Positions 17,748 to 26,194 of a DNA stretch of 39,034 bases are shown in pieces (positions within the stretch are counted from its first letter, which is position 1; each line of letters starts with the position of its first letter). The notes beneath the pieces are model-generated. The model did not search any database. It was not told where the DNA came from and was given only the letters and a program-made list of their open reading frames with translations. The position numbers and the translations under genes are program-made. Origin of the DNA: a virus (lineage: Duplodnaviria > Caudoviricetes); IMG/VR virus record IMGVR_UViG_3300045286_000062, positions 1-39,034 of that record; one strand, written 5' to 3'.

Positions 17748-18008
17748 ATGATCGAGACAAAACCGAATTCCTGGTCGGTCCAGGGCGAGAACAGCGAAGG
17801 CAGATTATTGGTCGTCGGCGGCAGGGGGCGTATTTATTTCACCACCAGCGGCTACTTCCACCTCACCTCGACGGAGGAGGTAAACGAGCTGGGACGCGCC
17901 CTCCGTCGGCTCGTCATCGCCAACTCGAGGGACGGCGAGATCTGTGCCGACCCCGTCGGGATGGGCGAGGAGCTATTGGAAGGGGCGGACGATGGCGACG
18001 GACAGTAA
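17748..18008 (+). CDS. Hypothetical protein
   Basis: 86 aa filling the operon gap. Confidence 0.55.
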   Translation: MIETKPNSWSVQGENSEGRLLVVGGRGRIYFTTSGYFHLTSTEEVNELGRALRRLVIANSRDGEICADPVGMGEELLEGADDGDGQ

Positions 18009-18399
18009 GCCGAAACGACGCCACCCGGAGCACGACGAGCAAGCGGCATTGTTCCGGTTTGCCGACAGCCCCCTCAACCAACGGGGCCGCCCCGAGCTGA
18101 AGTGGCTGCACAGCACGCTCAACGGGGTCAGGCTCCCTCCCGGCCTCGCGGCCAAGGCCAAGGTGACCGGCAACAAAAAGGGCGTGTTCGACATCAACCT
18201 CGACGTGGCAAGGAATGGATTCCACGGGCTAAAGATCGAGATGAAAGCCCCTGGCGGCAAGCACGCCAGGAAAGGAACACTAAGCCCCGAGCAAAAGGAG
18301 TGGATGGACCACTACAAGCGCGAGGGATACCTGGCGGTCGTCTGCCACGGGGCCTCCGAGGCCATTCTCGCCATCACCAAATACCTCGAGGAGAAATGA
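17992..18399 (+). CDS. VRR-NUC domain nuclease (PD-(D/E)XK)
   Basis: EHDEQ...GVFDI...IEMKAP...LSPEQKEW. Confidence 0.87.
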   Translation: MATDSKPKRRHPEHDEQAALFRFADSPLNQRGRPELKWLHSTLNGVRLPPGLAAKAKVTGNKKGVFDINLDVARNGFHGLKIEMKAPGGKHARKGTLSPEQKEWMDHYKREGYLAVVCHGASEAILAITKYLEEK

Positions 18400-18791
18400 C
18401 CATGACCTTCTACGTACCCAATCGATACCGGGTAACCACGGGACCCTATGCCACGGATGAATCATCCGGGAACAACGGCGCTTTTTTGATCAAGATCGCA
18501 ACCAGCGCCGAAGCGATCCGCTGCGTCGCCAGCGACGGAGAAGGATGGGAGCATGTGTCCGTAAGCTTTCCCAGAAGAACACCGACCTGGGAGGAGATGG
18601 CCTTCATCAAGGCACTATTCTGGGAACCGGAGGATTGCGTCGTGCAATACCACCCGCCCGAAAGCGACTACATCAACTGCCACCCCCGCGTCCTCCGCCT
18701 GTGGAGGCCTGTCGACAAGGAAATCCCAAGGCCGCCCTCATGGATGGTGGGTTCCAAGATAACCAACAAGACAGACCACCCTCATGGCTAA
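18396..18791 (+). CDS. Conserved-type phage protein (WEHVSVS family)
   Basis: GWEHVSVS..RTPTWEEM..IK.LFW..VQYHP..YINCHP. Confidence 0.75.
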   Translation: MTMTFYVPNRYRVTTGPYATDESSGNNGAFLIKIATSAEAIRCVASDGEGWEHVSVSFPRRTPTWEEMAFIKALFWEPEDCVVQYHPPESDYINCHPRVLRLWRPVDKEIPRPPSWMVGSKITNKTDHPHG

Positions 18792-19239
18792 TGATCTCAA
18801 TCAATGCAACTTCATCGGACGCCTCGGGGCGGACCCCGAGCTGCGGTACACCCAGGCCGGGACCGCCGTCGCATCCTTCAGGATGGCCGTCGGACGGCAG
18901 TGGAATGACAGCACCGGACAAAAGCAGGAGGCCACCGTGTGGGTCTCGTGCGTCGCCTGGGACAAGCTGGGCGAGATCGTCGGCGAGTACTTCAAGAAAG
19001 GGGTCCAGGTCGCCGTGACCGGGAGGCTCCAGACACGGGAATGGCAGGACCAGTCGGGCAACAAGCGCTACAGCACCGAGATCGTGCTCGAGCGGGCGCA
19101 GATGCTGGGGTCTAGGCAGGACAACGAGGCCAGGGAGCAGCGGCACCCGCCACAACAGCAGCGACAGCCACCCCAACGGCAGCAGGCCCCGGCGTACAAC
19201 CCGCAAGAAGAGGGAGTCGACGACGACATTCCATTCTAA
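18784..19239 (+). CDS. ssb: Single-stranded DNA-binding protein
   Basis: IGRLGADPELRYT...GRLQTREW; acidic DDDIPF tail. Confidence 0.97.
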   Translation: MANDLNQCNFIGRLGADPELRYTQAGTAVASFRMAVGRQWNDSTGQKQEATVWVSCVAWDKLGEIVGEYFKKGVQVAVTGRLQTREWQDQSGNKRYSTEIVLERAQMLGSRQDNEAREQRHPPQQQRQPPQRQQAPAYNPQEEGVDDDIPF

Positions 19240-19268
19240 AACGGTATTTACATAATGAACCGTTTTAG
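19236..19268. promoter_or_regulatory. 10-bp inverted repeat enclosing a -10-like CATAAT
   Basis: CTAAAACGGT-N13-ACCGTTTTAG. Confidence 0.45.
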
Positions 19269-19419
19269 TAAACCTTTCGCCCGAAGTGTCGAGCGCAACG
19301 AAACGCTCTCCAATTTCAACAGGGCGTGGATGGCACGCCTGCTCAACGATTACGCCGTCAGCCACCAGCGGCTAAGGGCGCAACCGCTGTGGGACAAGGT
19401 GACAGAAAGAACGTCCTGA
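19255..19419 (+). CDS. Possible small protein (54 aa); stop codon lies in palindrome copy 3
   Basis: Open frame MNRFSKPFARSVERNET...; no clear RBS. Confidence 0.35.
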   Translation: MNRFSKPFARSVERNETLSNFNRAWMARLLNDYAVSHQRLRAQPLWDKVTERTS

Positions 19420-19435
19420 CGTCAGGACGTTAAAA
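19406..19435. repeat. 30-bp palindrome copy 3 (right end degenerate)
   Basis: AAAGAACGTCCTGACGTCAGGACGTTAAAA, upstream of the terminase operon. Confidence 0.9.
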
Positions 19436-19452
19436 CCAAGAGGTGAACGACC

Positions 19453-19623
19453 ATGGCAGACTCGACAGGCACCAGCAGCCGGGGGCAGCGCATCCGCGCC
19501 TGGCGCGAAGGCGGCAAGACACCCGCCGAAAAGCGCCGGCATTCGCAACAGTACCGAAGGACCGGGGGATATAGGGGCTACCAGGCCAGCAAGCAGATGG
19601 ACTTTGGCGGGGGAGGTTGGTGA
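19453..19623 (+). CDS. Small basic Arg/Gly-rich protein (56 aa)
   Basis: GAGGTG RBS; TGATG coupling to terminase small subunit. Confidence 0.55.
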   Translation: MADSTGTSSRGQRIRAWREGGKTPAEKRRHSQQYRRTGGYRGYQASKQMDFGGGGW

Positions 19624-20135
19624 TGGCGGCCACCAAGACCAAGCAAGGGCTGCCGGAAGCCACCAGGACCAAGATCCGCGCCTGCCTGCTGGCGGGCATG
19701 GGCATCCGCGAGACCGCCCGGAAGTTCAAGGTCTCGCCCCCCACCGTGCTGAACATCAAACGGACACTGACTAACACCGAAATAACACTGGTTGAACAGG
19801 GAACCGCCTACAAAACGGGGATCAGCGAGATACGGGATGAACACCCAGAACGGGCGGAATCCATCGTCGAGGCGGTCGACCAGCGGACCAAGGACCTCGA
19901 CTTTTTCAGGCGCGGATCGCTGCTTGTCGCCCAGGTCGCGATACGGAAGATCCAGAAGGAAAGCACCGACCTCCCGATGTCCGAGATCAAGAGCGCCGCC
20001 GATGCCTTGGGAAAGGCCAAGGAAAACATCTTCGGCAAAGCGCCCGAGACCGCCGTCCAAATCAACCAGACCAACAACGCCTCGGCCCCTCCAGGCCTCG
20101 AGGTCCACTTCATCGACCCGGAGGAAAATGAATGA
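19623..20135 (+). CDS. terS: Terminase small subunit
   Basis: N-terminal HTH (GIRETARKFKVSPPTV); upstream of TerL; C-terminal LEVHFID. Confidence 0.7.
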   Translation: MAATKTKQGLPEATRTKIRACLLAGMGIRETARKFKVSPPTVLNIKRTLTNTEITLVEQGTAYKTGISEIRDEHPERAESIVEAVDQRTKDLDFFRRGSLLVAQVAIRKIQKESTDLPMSEIKSAADALGKAKENIFGKAPETAVQINQTNNASAPPGLEVHFIDPEENE

Positions 20136-20437
20136 TCGCGCCCCCGTACAAACCAAAACCCATCGACACCGACGCCATGGACTATCTGTTCCAACAAGGC
20201 AGGCTCACCGATCCGCCCGAGCCAGACCGGACGGACATCCACAGGAAGCACGCGTTCATGGGCATCACGCCGGGAAGTGCGCTGAGGAGGCTGGCCCAAT
20301 ACCTCGACAGCCACTACGACGATGGCATCCGACGGGGAAGCGCGTTCGACCCGGCCATCCCGGTCATGCTGTGGTGGGACCGGGAGCAAGGCATGGTCGA
20401 GGCCTCGATAGCCTACGACGAGGCGATAGACGGATGA
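20132..20437 (+). CDS. Hypothetical protein between TerS and TerL
   Basis: 101 aa; ATGA-coupled. Confidence 0.6.
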   Translation: MIAPPYKPKPIDTDAMDYLFQQGRLTDPPEPDRTDIHRKHAFMGITPGSALRRLAQYLDSHYDDGIRRGSAFDPAIPVMLWWDREQGMVEASIAYDEAIDG

Positions 20438-20438
20438 C

Positions 20439-21662
20439 ATGCGATTCGACCTACCCCGCAAGCTGCAATTCTTGTTCAAGCCAGCCACCTACAAAGTGGC
20501 CCACGGAGGTCGCGGCGGGGCCAAGTCCTGGGGATTCGCACGGGCGCTGATCGCCAAGGCCTACTACCAACCCCTCACCATCCTCTGCGCCCGCGAATTC
20601 CAGAATTCCATCCAGGACTCCGTCCACAAGCTTCTCAAGGAGCAGATCGAGGCCATGGGGCTGGGGCCTTGGTTCTACGCCACCAACACCAGCATCACCA
20701 GCAGCGCCGGGGCTCAATTCATCTTCCTGGGCATCCGCAACAATCCGGGCAAGATCAAATCGACGGAGGGCATCGACATCGCCTGGGTCGAGGAGGCCGC
20801 CAAGGTCTCGGAGGAGAGCTGGCAGCTTTTAATTCCCACCATCCGCAAGGACAACAGCGAGATCTGGGTCTCGTTCAACCCCGAGGAGGAGGACGACCCC
20901 ACCTACCAGCGCTGGGTCCTCAACCCCCCGCCCGACTGCAAGACCGTCCAGATCAACTGGCGCGACAACCCGTGGTTTCCCGACCGTCTGCGAAAACAGA
21001 TGGAGCACATGCGGAGCGTCGACCTCGACGCCTACCTCCACATCTGGGAGGGGCAGTGCCGGAAGAACAGCGACGCCATGGTGCTCCACCACAAATGCAC
21101 GGTCGAGACCTTCACGCCAGGCCTCGACTGGGACGGACCCTACTACGGGGCGGACTGGGGTTTTTCCGTCGACCCCACCACCCTCGTCAAGTGCTGGATA
21201 CACGGACCCCGGCTGTACCTCGAGCACGAGGCCTACGCCGTCGGCTGCGAGCTGGACAACACGCCCGCGCTGTTTGACGAAGTGCCAGGCTCGCGGCATT
21301 TCAGGATCAGGGCCGACAGCGCCAGGCCCGAGACCATCCGCCACATGCAACGGCGCGGATTTGACATCATCGGGGCCGAGAAGGGGAAGGGATCGGTCGA
21401 GGACGGCATCGCGCACCTTCGAAGCTACGAGGCCATCGTGATCCACCCGCGCTGCGAGCACGCCATCGAGGAAAGCAGGCTGTGGAGCTACAAGACCGAC
21501 CGCCTCACGGGCGACGTGCTGGCCGAGCTGGTGGACAAGCACAACCACATCTGGGACGCCGTCCGCTACGCCCTCGAGCCGATGATCAAGCAGCATGGCA
21601 TGGGCCTCTTTCAACACATGCGGGATCTGGCCGAGCAAGCACGGCAGGACGGAAAGGTGTAG
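20439..21662 (+). CDS. terL: Terminase large subunit (PBSX-like)
   Basis: GGRGGAKS, REFQNSIQDSV, WVEEA, SFNP, DWGFSVDP, HIWDAVRY. Confidence 0.96.
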   Translation: MRFDLPRKLQFLFKPATYKVAHGGRGGAKSWGFARALIAKAYYQPLTILCAREFQNSIQDSVHKLLKEQIEAMGLGPWFYATNTSITSSAGAQFIFLGIRNNPGKIKSTEGIDIAWVEEAAKVSEESWQLLIPTIRKDNSEIWVSFNPEEEDDPTYQRWVLNPPPDCKTVQINWRDNPWFPDRLRKQMEHMRSVDLDAYLHIWEGQCRKNSDAMVLHHKCTVETFTPGLDWDGPYYGADWGFSVDPTTLVKCWIHGPRLYLEHEAYAVGCELDNTPALFDEVPGSRHFRIRADSARPETIRHMQRRGFDIIGAEKGKGSVEDGIAHLRSYEAIVIHPRCEHAIEESRLWSYKTDRLTGDVLAELVDKHNHIWDAVRYALEPMIKQHGMGLFQHMRDLAEQARQDGKV

Positions 21663-21710
21663 AATCCAAGTCACTCCATAGCCCCCTCCTCCCGTTTCGG
21701 TCCAGGCCAG

Positions 21711-21739
21711 CCCCGACGTTCATGCGCCGGGGTTTTTTT
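21711..21739 (+). terminator. Intrinsic terminator after terL
   Basis: CCCCG...CGGGG followed by T7. Confidence 0.7.
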
Positions 21740-21746
21740 GTGCCCA

Positions 21747-21776
21747 AAAGAACATCCTGATATCAGGACGTTCTTT
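21747..21776. repeat. 30-bp palindrome copy 4
   Basis: AAAGAACATCCTGATATCAGGACGTTCTTT, between terminator and portal. Confidence 0.95.
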
Positions 21777-21801
21777 CTGGCGGACGCAAAACGGGACAAA
21801 A

Positions 21802-21826
21802 CCCGCCAATGGTCTAAAATGGCGGG
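21802..21826 (+). promoter_or_regulatory. 7-bp inverted repeat enclosing -10-like TAAAAT upstream of portal
   Basis: CCCGCCA-ATGGTCTAAAA-TGGCGGG. Confidence 0.35.
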
Positions 21827-21861
21827 AACACCACCACCCGACCACCCACCCGGAGAACGCC

Positions 21862-23277
21862 ATGGCGGACATTCCCCGCAAAGACACCCCCTACGACCCC
21901 GGCATCGTCGACATGCTGCTGGGCGGCATCAACACGGCGGGGCAATGGCTCGTGAGGAACGTGATCCCCGCCGCGTGGTTCGGACCAGGCCAACCGCTGG
22001 CCCCCGTGGCGCAGGACCAGGCCGACGGACGGACCTGGGACTACCCGACAGGGCAGAACCTCCGCTTCACCCCCCGGGGGCAGGAACCCGTCACCTTCGC
22101 GCAGCTCCGCGCACTGGCGGAAAACTACGACCTCATCCGCATCCTCATCGAAAGCCGGAAGGACCAGGTCTGCAAGCAAGGCTGGACCATCAAGCCGAAG
22201 GACGAAGGGGCCGCCCTGACGGCCAGGGCGAAGGAGATCCGCAAGTTCCTCGAAAAGCCAGACCTGATCCTGCCGTGGGACGCATGGCTCAGGAAGATCC
22301 TCGAGGACCAGCTCGTGCTGGACGCCGCGACGGTCTACCCACGGATGACCAAGGGCGGCGGCCTGTACTCCCTCGACGTCATCGACGGCACCACGGTCAC
22401 TCCACTGATCGACCTGTACGGGCGCGTCCCCGACCCGCCCTCACCCGCCTACCAACAGATCATCAAGGGAGTCCCCGCCCACGACTACCGGCGCGACGAG
22501 ATCCACTACTGGCCGCGCAACCCGAGGCCGGGCAAGGTCTACGGCTATGGGCCGGTCGAGCAGATCATCATGACGGTCAACATCGGCCTCCGACGGCAGC
22601 TCACCCAGCTCTACACCCTCACCGAGGGCAACGTCCCCGAGGCGCTGATCGGCGTGCCCGAGGCCTGGACGCCGCAGCAGGTGAAGCAGTTTCAGACCTA
22701 CTGGGACGAAATGCTGCAAGGCAACCTGGCGACCAAGAGCCGGGCGAAGTTCGTGCCGGGCGGCGTGCTCTACCACGAGATCAACAAGGGCGAGCTGTTC
22801 GGCCACGCCGACGAATGGCTGGCCCGCGTGACGTGCTACGCGTTCAGCATTTCACCCCAACCGTTCGTCAAGGAGCAGAACCGGGCGACGGCGTCGACGG
22901 CAAAAGAGACCGCCGAGGAGGAGGGGCTGGCCCCAACCATGCAGTGGGTCAAGACCTTCATGGACCGGATCATCGCCGACTTTTTCAAGGCCCCGGATCT
23001 CGAGTTTGCCTGGAAGACCGAAAAAGAGGTCGACCACCTCATACAGGCCCAGATCGACCAAATCTACATCAACGCCCGCGTCTACAAGCCCGAGTACGTC
23101 GCCGACCGGATGGGCATCGACCCGAAGTGGGTACCGGAGGAGCCTCCGCCGATGCCGACGGGCATGCTCCCACCAGGAGGAGGTCAGACACCACCCAACC
23201 AATCCGCCACAGATGTCGACGAAGGCTCAAAAAAAAAGCCTCTGGACAAGCGACTGATGGCGAAGTGGGCGATGTAG
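21862..23277 (+). CDS. Portal protein
   Basis: Follows TerL; WFGPGQPLAP, YGYGPVEQI, EGNVPE, DEWLARVTCYAFSISPQ; GGAG RBS. Confidence 0.9.
   Translation: MADIPRKDTPYDPGIVDMLLGGINTAGQWLVRNVIPAAWFGPGQPLAPVAQDQADGRTWDYPTGQNLRFTPRGQEPVTFAQLRALAENYDLIRILIESRKDQVCKQGWTIKPKDEGAALTARAKEIRKFLEKPDLILPWDAWLRKILEDQLVLDAATVYPRMTKGGGLYSLDVIDGTTVTPLIDLYGRVPDPPSPAYQQIIKGVPAHDYRRDEIHYWPRNPRPGKVYGYGPVEQIIMTVNIGLRRQLTQLYTLTEGNVPEALIGVPEAWTPQQVKQFQTYWDEMLQGNLATKSRAKFVPGGVLYHEINKGELFGHADEWLARVTCYAFSISPQPFVKEQNRATASTAKETAEEEGLAPTMQWVKTFMDRIIADFFKAPDLEFAWKTEKEVDHLIQAQIDQIYINARVYKPEYVADRMGIDPKWVPEEPPPMPTGMLPPGGGQTPPNQSATDVDEGSKKKPLDKRLMAKWAM
23232..23238 (+). promoter_or_regulatory. Putative -1 ribosomal frameshift site A-AAA-AAG in portal gene
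   Basis: TCA AAA AAA AAG in the portal frame; the -1 frame is open to 24008. Confidence 0.7.
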
Positions 23278-24008
23278 CCAAGTTCAACCCCGACCAGCCA
23301 CGGGACGAACACGGCAAATATGCGCCAGGCGGCAAGAAGGACGACAAGACGGGCGACCTGTTCGCCATCCCGCGTGGCGTGCACGACGCCATCCACGACA
23401 AGCTGGTCGAAACGCAAGGCAAGGACTCCTATTTGTTCCAACCCAAACAAAACGAGCAACAGGCGAAGGACCTGCACACCCAGCTCATGGATGAGAACAA
23501 CGAGGTCTTGCAATCGATCACCCACCCGGAGAAGGTCGCGCTCTGGGATTATGTGGGGACCGGGTACCGGATCATGAACCGGTCACTCCGGGGCGACATC
23601 GGCGAAGACGAAAAACTTTCGTTGACCGAGATGCAGTCCGTCGGCCACATCGACGATTTGAAGTCGGCCATCGACAAAACCGCGCTGAAGGAAGACACCG
23701 TCGTCTATCGCGGGATGAAGGTGAAAGGGGAGCTGAAGGCCGGGAACATCATCGAAGACAAGGGATTCGTGTCCACCTCCACCAATCCACGGGAAGCTAG
23801 GGGATTTGCGATCACCTCGAGCGAAGGGGCGGTCGCCATGATCACGCTACGAGCCGGGGCCAAGGCCTTTCCCGTCAACCGGGATGAGCAGGAGGTCATC
23901 GTGCAGGCCGGGTCACGGTTCAGGGTGACCAAGGTCACCGAGGAGCCCTACGTGCAATTCGGGCAGGAAACTTACCGCAAGGTCATCGAAATGGAGCACC
24001 TATCATGA
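23235..24008 (+). CDS. ADP-ribosyltransferase domain (R-S-E, VIP2/Alt-like), probably expressed as a portal fusion
   Basis: FNPDQPRDEHGK leader; DYVGTGYRIMNRSLRG; VVYRG, FVSTS, EQEV catalytic motifs. Confidence 0.85.
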   Translation, partial: KASGQATDGEVGDVAKFNPDQPRDEHGKYAPGGKKDDKTGDLFAIPRGVHDAIHDKLVETQGKDSYLFQPKQNEQQAKDLHTQLMDENNEVLQSITHPEKVALWDYVGTGYRIMNRSLRGDIGEDEKLSLTEMQSVGHIDDLKSAIDKTALKEDTVVYRGMKVKGELKAGNIIEDKGFVSTSTNPREARGFAITSSEGAVAMITLRAGAKAFPVNRDEQEVIVQAGSRFRVTKVTEEPYVQFGQETYRKVIEMEHLS

Positions 24009-24952
24009 GCGACATCAACGAGCGTTTTGTCTGGGACGAAGGCGACTACACGGTCACCGAAAACACGGAGGAAAAAGAAAAAGCCGACTACACTGAGGAC
24101 GAAAAAGAACATCCTGATATCAGGACGTTCTTTAAGGCCACCCGGATCAAGCCCATCAACCCCGACCGCAAAGACGTGAGGACGCCCCGTGAAAAGCTGG
24201 CCCGCCTACTGGAGAAGATACTGGCAGAGGCACTTAGATCGTGCCTTGAGGCTTTTCACGAAGGGGCAGCAACCGCCAAAGCCGACGAAGATCCGCCCCT
24301 CGGTCCTGGGCAGGCACGCAAAGTCCTGCAAGCCCTCGACGAGTTCGACTGGGCCGTCCTCGTGGGACCGGCGACACAGGCTTTGAGGCAGATCGGCCTC
24401 GCCGGGGTCGACGCGGCGGCCCAGCAACTGGGCGTGGCGGACGACGACCGGATCTTTGAGGCCGCCAACCCCCAGGCCATCGCCTACGCGGAGCAGCGCG
24501 GGGCCGAGCTGGTCGGCAAGCGCGTGCTCGCGGACGGGACGGTCATCGAGAACCCCGTCGAGAAATGGCGCATCGACCAAAGCACGCGGGACTGGACCCA
24601 GCGGCTGGTCACCAGCGCCGAGGAGGAGGGCTGGAGCGCCACCACCTTCGGCAAGGCCCTCGAGGAATGCGAGGCCTTCTGGCCCTCGAGGGCGATGATG
24701 GTCGCCAGGACGGAAAGCGCCTTTGCCGACATGAACGGCAACGTCGCCACCTACCGTGAGGCGGGCGTCCAGATGAAGGCCTGGCTCGACGATAACGAGG
24801 AAGGAGCCTGCGACGAATGCGCGGCAAACGCGGAACAAGGACCCATTCCGTTTGACGAGGACTTCCAGTCGGGAGACCCCTGGCCGCCCGCCCACCCCAA
24901 CTGCCGATGCTCGCTGGAGCCAATATTTGTGGATTGGCCCGACAACGACTAA
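24005..24952 (+). CDS. Minor head protein (MuF / SPP1 gp7-like) with acidic N-terminal extension
   Basis: RAMMVARTE, KAW..CDEC, PPAHPNCRC. Confidence 0.9.
   Translation: MSDINERFVWDEGDYTVTENTEEKEKADYTEDEKEHPDIRTFFKATRIKPINPDRKDVRTPREKLARLLEKILAEALRSCLEAFHEGAATAKADEDPPLGPGQARKVLQALDEFDWAVLVGPATQALRQIGLAGVDAAAQQLGVADDDRIFEAANPQAIAYAEQRGAELVGKRVLADGTVIENPVEKWRIDQSTRDWTQRLVTSAEEEGWSATTFGKALEECEAFWPSRAMMVARTESAFADMNGNVATYREAGVQMKAWLDDNEEGACDECAANAEQGPIPFDEDFQSGDPWPPAHPNCRCSLEPIFVDWPDND
24104..24133. repeat. 30-bp palindrome copy 5 (intragenic, encodes KEHPDIRTFF)
   Basis: AAAGAACATCCTGATATCAGGACGTTCTTT, identical to copy 4. Confidence 0.95.
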
Positions 24953-24982
24953 ACTCTCCCACAAACACACGAGGTATATGCC

Positions 24983-26152
24983 ATGCGCCTGTTTGCATCC
25001 ATCACCAAGACCGACGACGAGCAGCGTATGGTCTACGGCTACGCCTCCACCGAGGCGCTCGACACCCAAGGCGAGATCGTCCGCAAGGAGGCCATCGAGG
25101 AGGCCCTCCCTGAGTACATGAAATTCGGCAACGTCCGCGAGATGCACAAGGCATCGGCGGTCGGCGTCGCCAAAGAGGCCAGCATCGACGGCAAGGGGCT
25201 GTACCTGGCCGCCAAGGTCGTCGACGACGCCGCCTGGGCCAAGGTCAAGGAAGGGGTCTACAAGGGGTTCAGCATCGGCGGCAAGGCCCTGAGCAAGCTC
25301 GACAACGTGATCAGCAAGCTCAGGCTCTCGGAAATCTCCCTGGTCGACCGGCCAGCCAACCCGGAGGCGGTTTTTGATGTTTGGAAGAATGACCAACCTA
25401 ATCCTCCAGATGATGATCTGGCTGATCCCGACGCCGAACACGACGACCTCAAGGCCGACACCCCTGCCGAGGAGGACGCCCTGGCGAGGTACCTGGGGGA
25501 TGAGGCCTGGGACGTTACAAGGGCTGTCGAATGCCTCAACAGCATCTACACCTTGTTCAACAAGGAACAGGCCGAGGGAGAAACCGGACAACTGGCCTCG
25601 CTCCGACAGGCCATCGACGGACTGAAGGCCTTCATCGCCTCCGAGATCCAGGAGCCACCAGAGCAAGCGCTTGACGCAAACCAGGTAATGCCTATGGTCT
25701 ACGCCGAAGGTACTGGCGACATCGAGAAGGCCGGGGCACGCAACAGCAAGGCAGACTCCGAGCGCATCCAGGCCGTCCACGACCACGCGACCGCCCTCGG
25801 CGCAAACTGTGGTGCGGCAAAATCCGACAGCGCGGACGACATCCAGAAGCTCGTCGAGGCCGAGACCGCCAAGGCCGAGGAAGCCCTCCAAAAGCTCGCC
25901 GAAGCCACCGACGCCATCGCCAAGCTCGAGGCCGAAAAGGACACGCTGCAAAAGCGCGTCGCGGAACTCGAGGCCATGCCCGAAGCCCCCAAGGCCGCCG
26001 TGATGGCGGTCAGCAAAGGGAAAGACAACGGCGGCACCGCCTCAAGCACGCAAGCCTACGAGGAGGAGCTGGAGCGGATCGTCAAGAGCCAGGCCTCCCC
26101 CATCGAGAAGGCCGAGGCATTCACCAAATTGCAGCTACGCTATATGCAGTAA
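24983..26152 (+). CDS. Prohead maturation protease fused to scaffold-like coiled coil
   Basis: VYGYAS..DTQGE, REMH, KGFSIGG, EISLVDRPANP; acidic helical C-terminus. Confidence 0.9.
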   Translation: MRLFASITKTDDEQRMVYGYASTEALDTQGEIVRKEAIEEALPEYMKFGNVREMHKASAVGVAKEASIDGKGLYLAAKVVDDAAWAKVKEGVYKGFSIGGKALSKLDNVISKLRLSEISLVDRPANPEAVFDVWKNDQPNPPDDDLADPDAEHDDLKADTPAEEDALARYLGDEAWDVTRAVECLNSIYTLFNKEQAEGETGQLASLRQAIDGLKAFIASEIQEPPEQALDANQVMPMVYAEGTGDIEKAGARNSKADSERIQAVHDHATALGANCGAAKSDSADDIQKLVEAETAKAEEALQKLAEATDAIAKLEAEKDTLQKRVAELEAMPEAPKAAVMAVSKGKDNGGTASSTQAYEEELERIVKSQASPIEKAEAFTKLQLRYMQ

Positions 26153-26194
26153 CCGGGGCATTTTTCCTAACCTCAACCACCACGAGGCACCACC

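Noticed and set aside
21738-23234. N-terminal ~500 aa of the 756-aa ORF as a real protein
   Set aside because: Arg/Pro/Gly-rich shadow frame over the portal; only the part after the slippery site looks like protein
24206-25951. Long minus-strand ORFs (also 26663-27913, 33804-35207, 11558-12556)
   Set aside because: Antisense shadows of strongly biased high-GC genes, with no motifs
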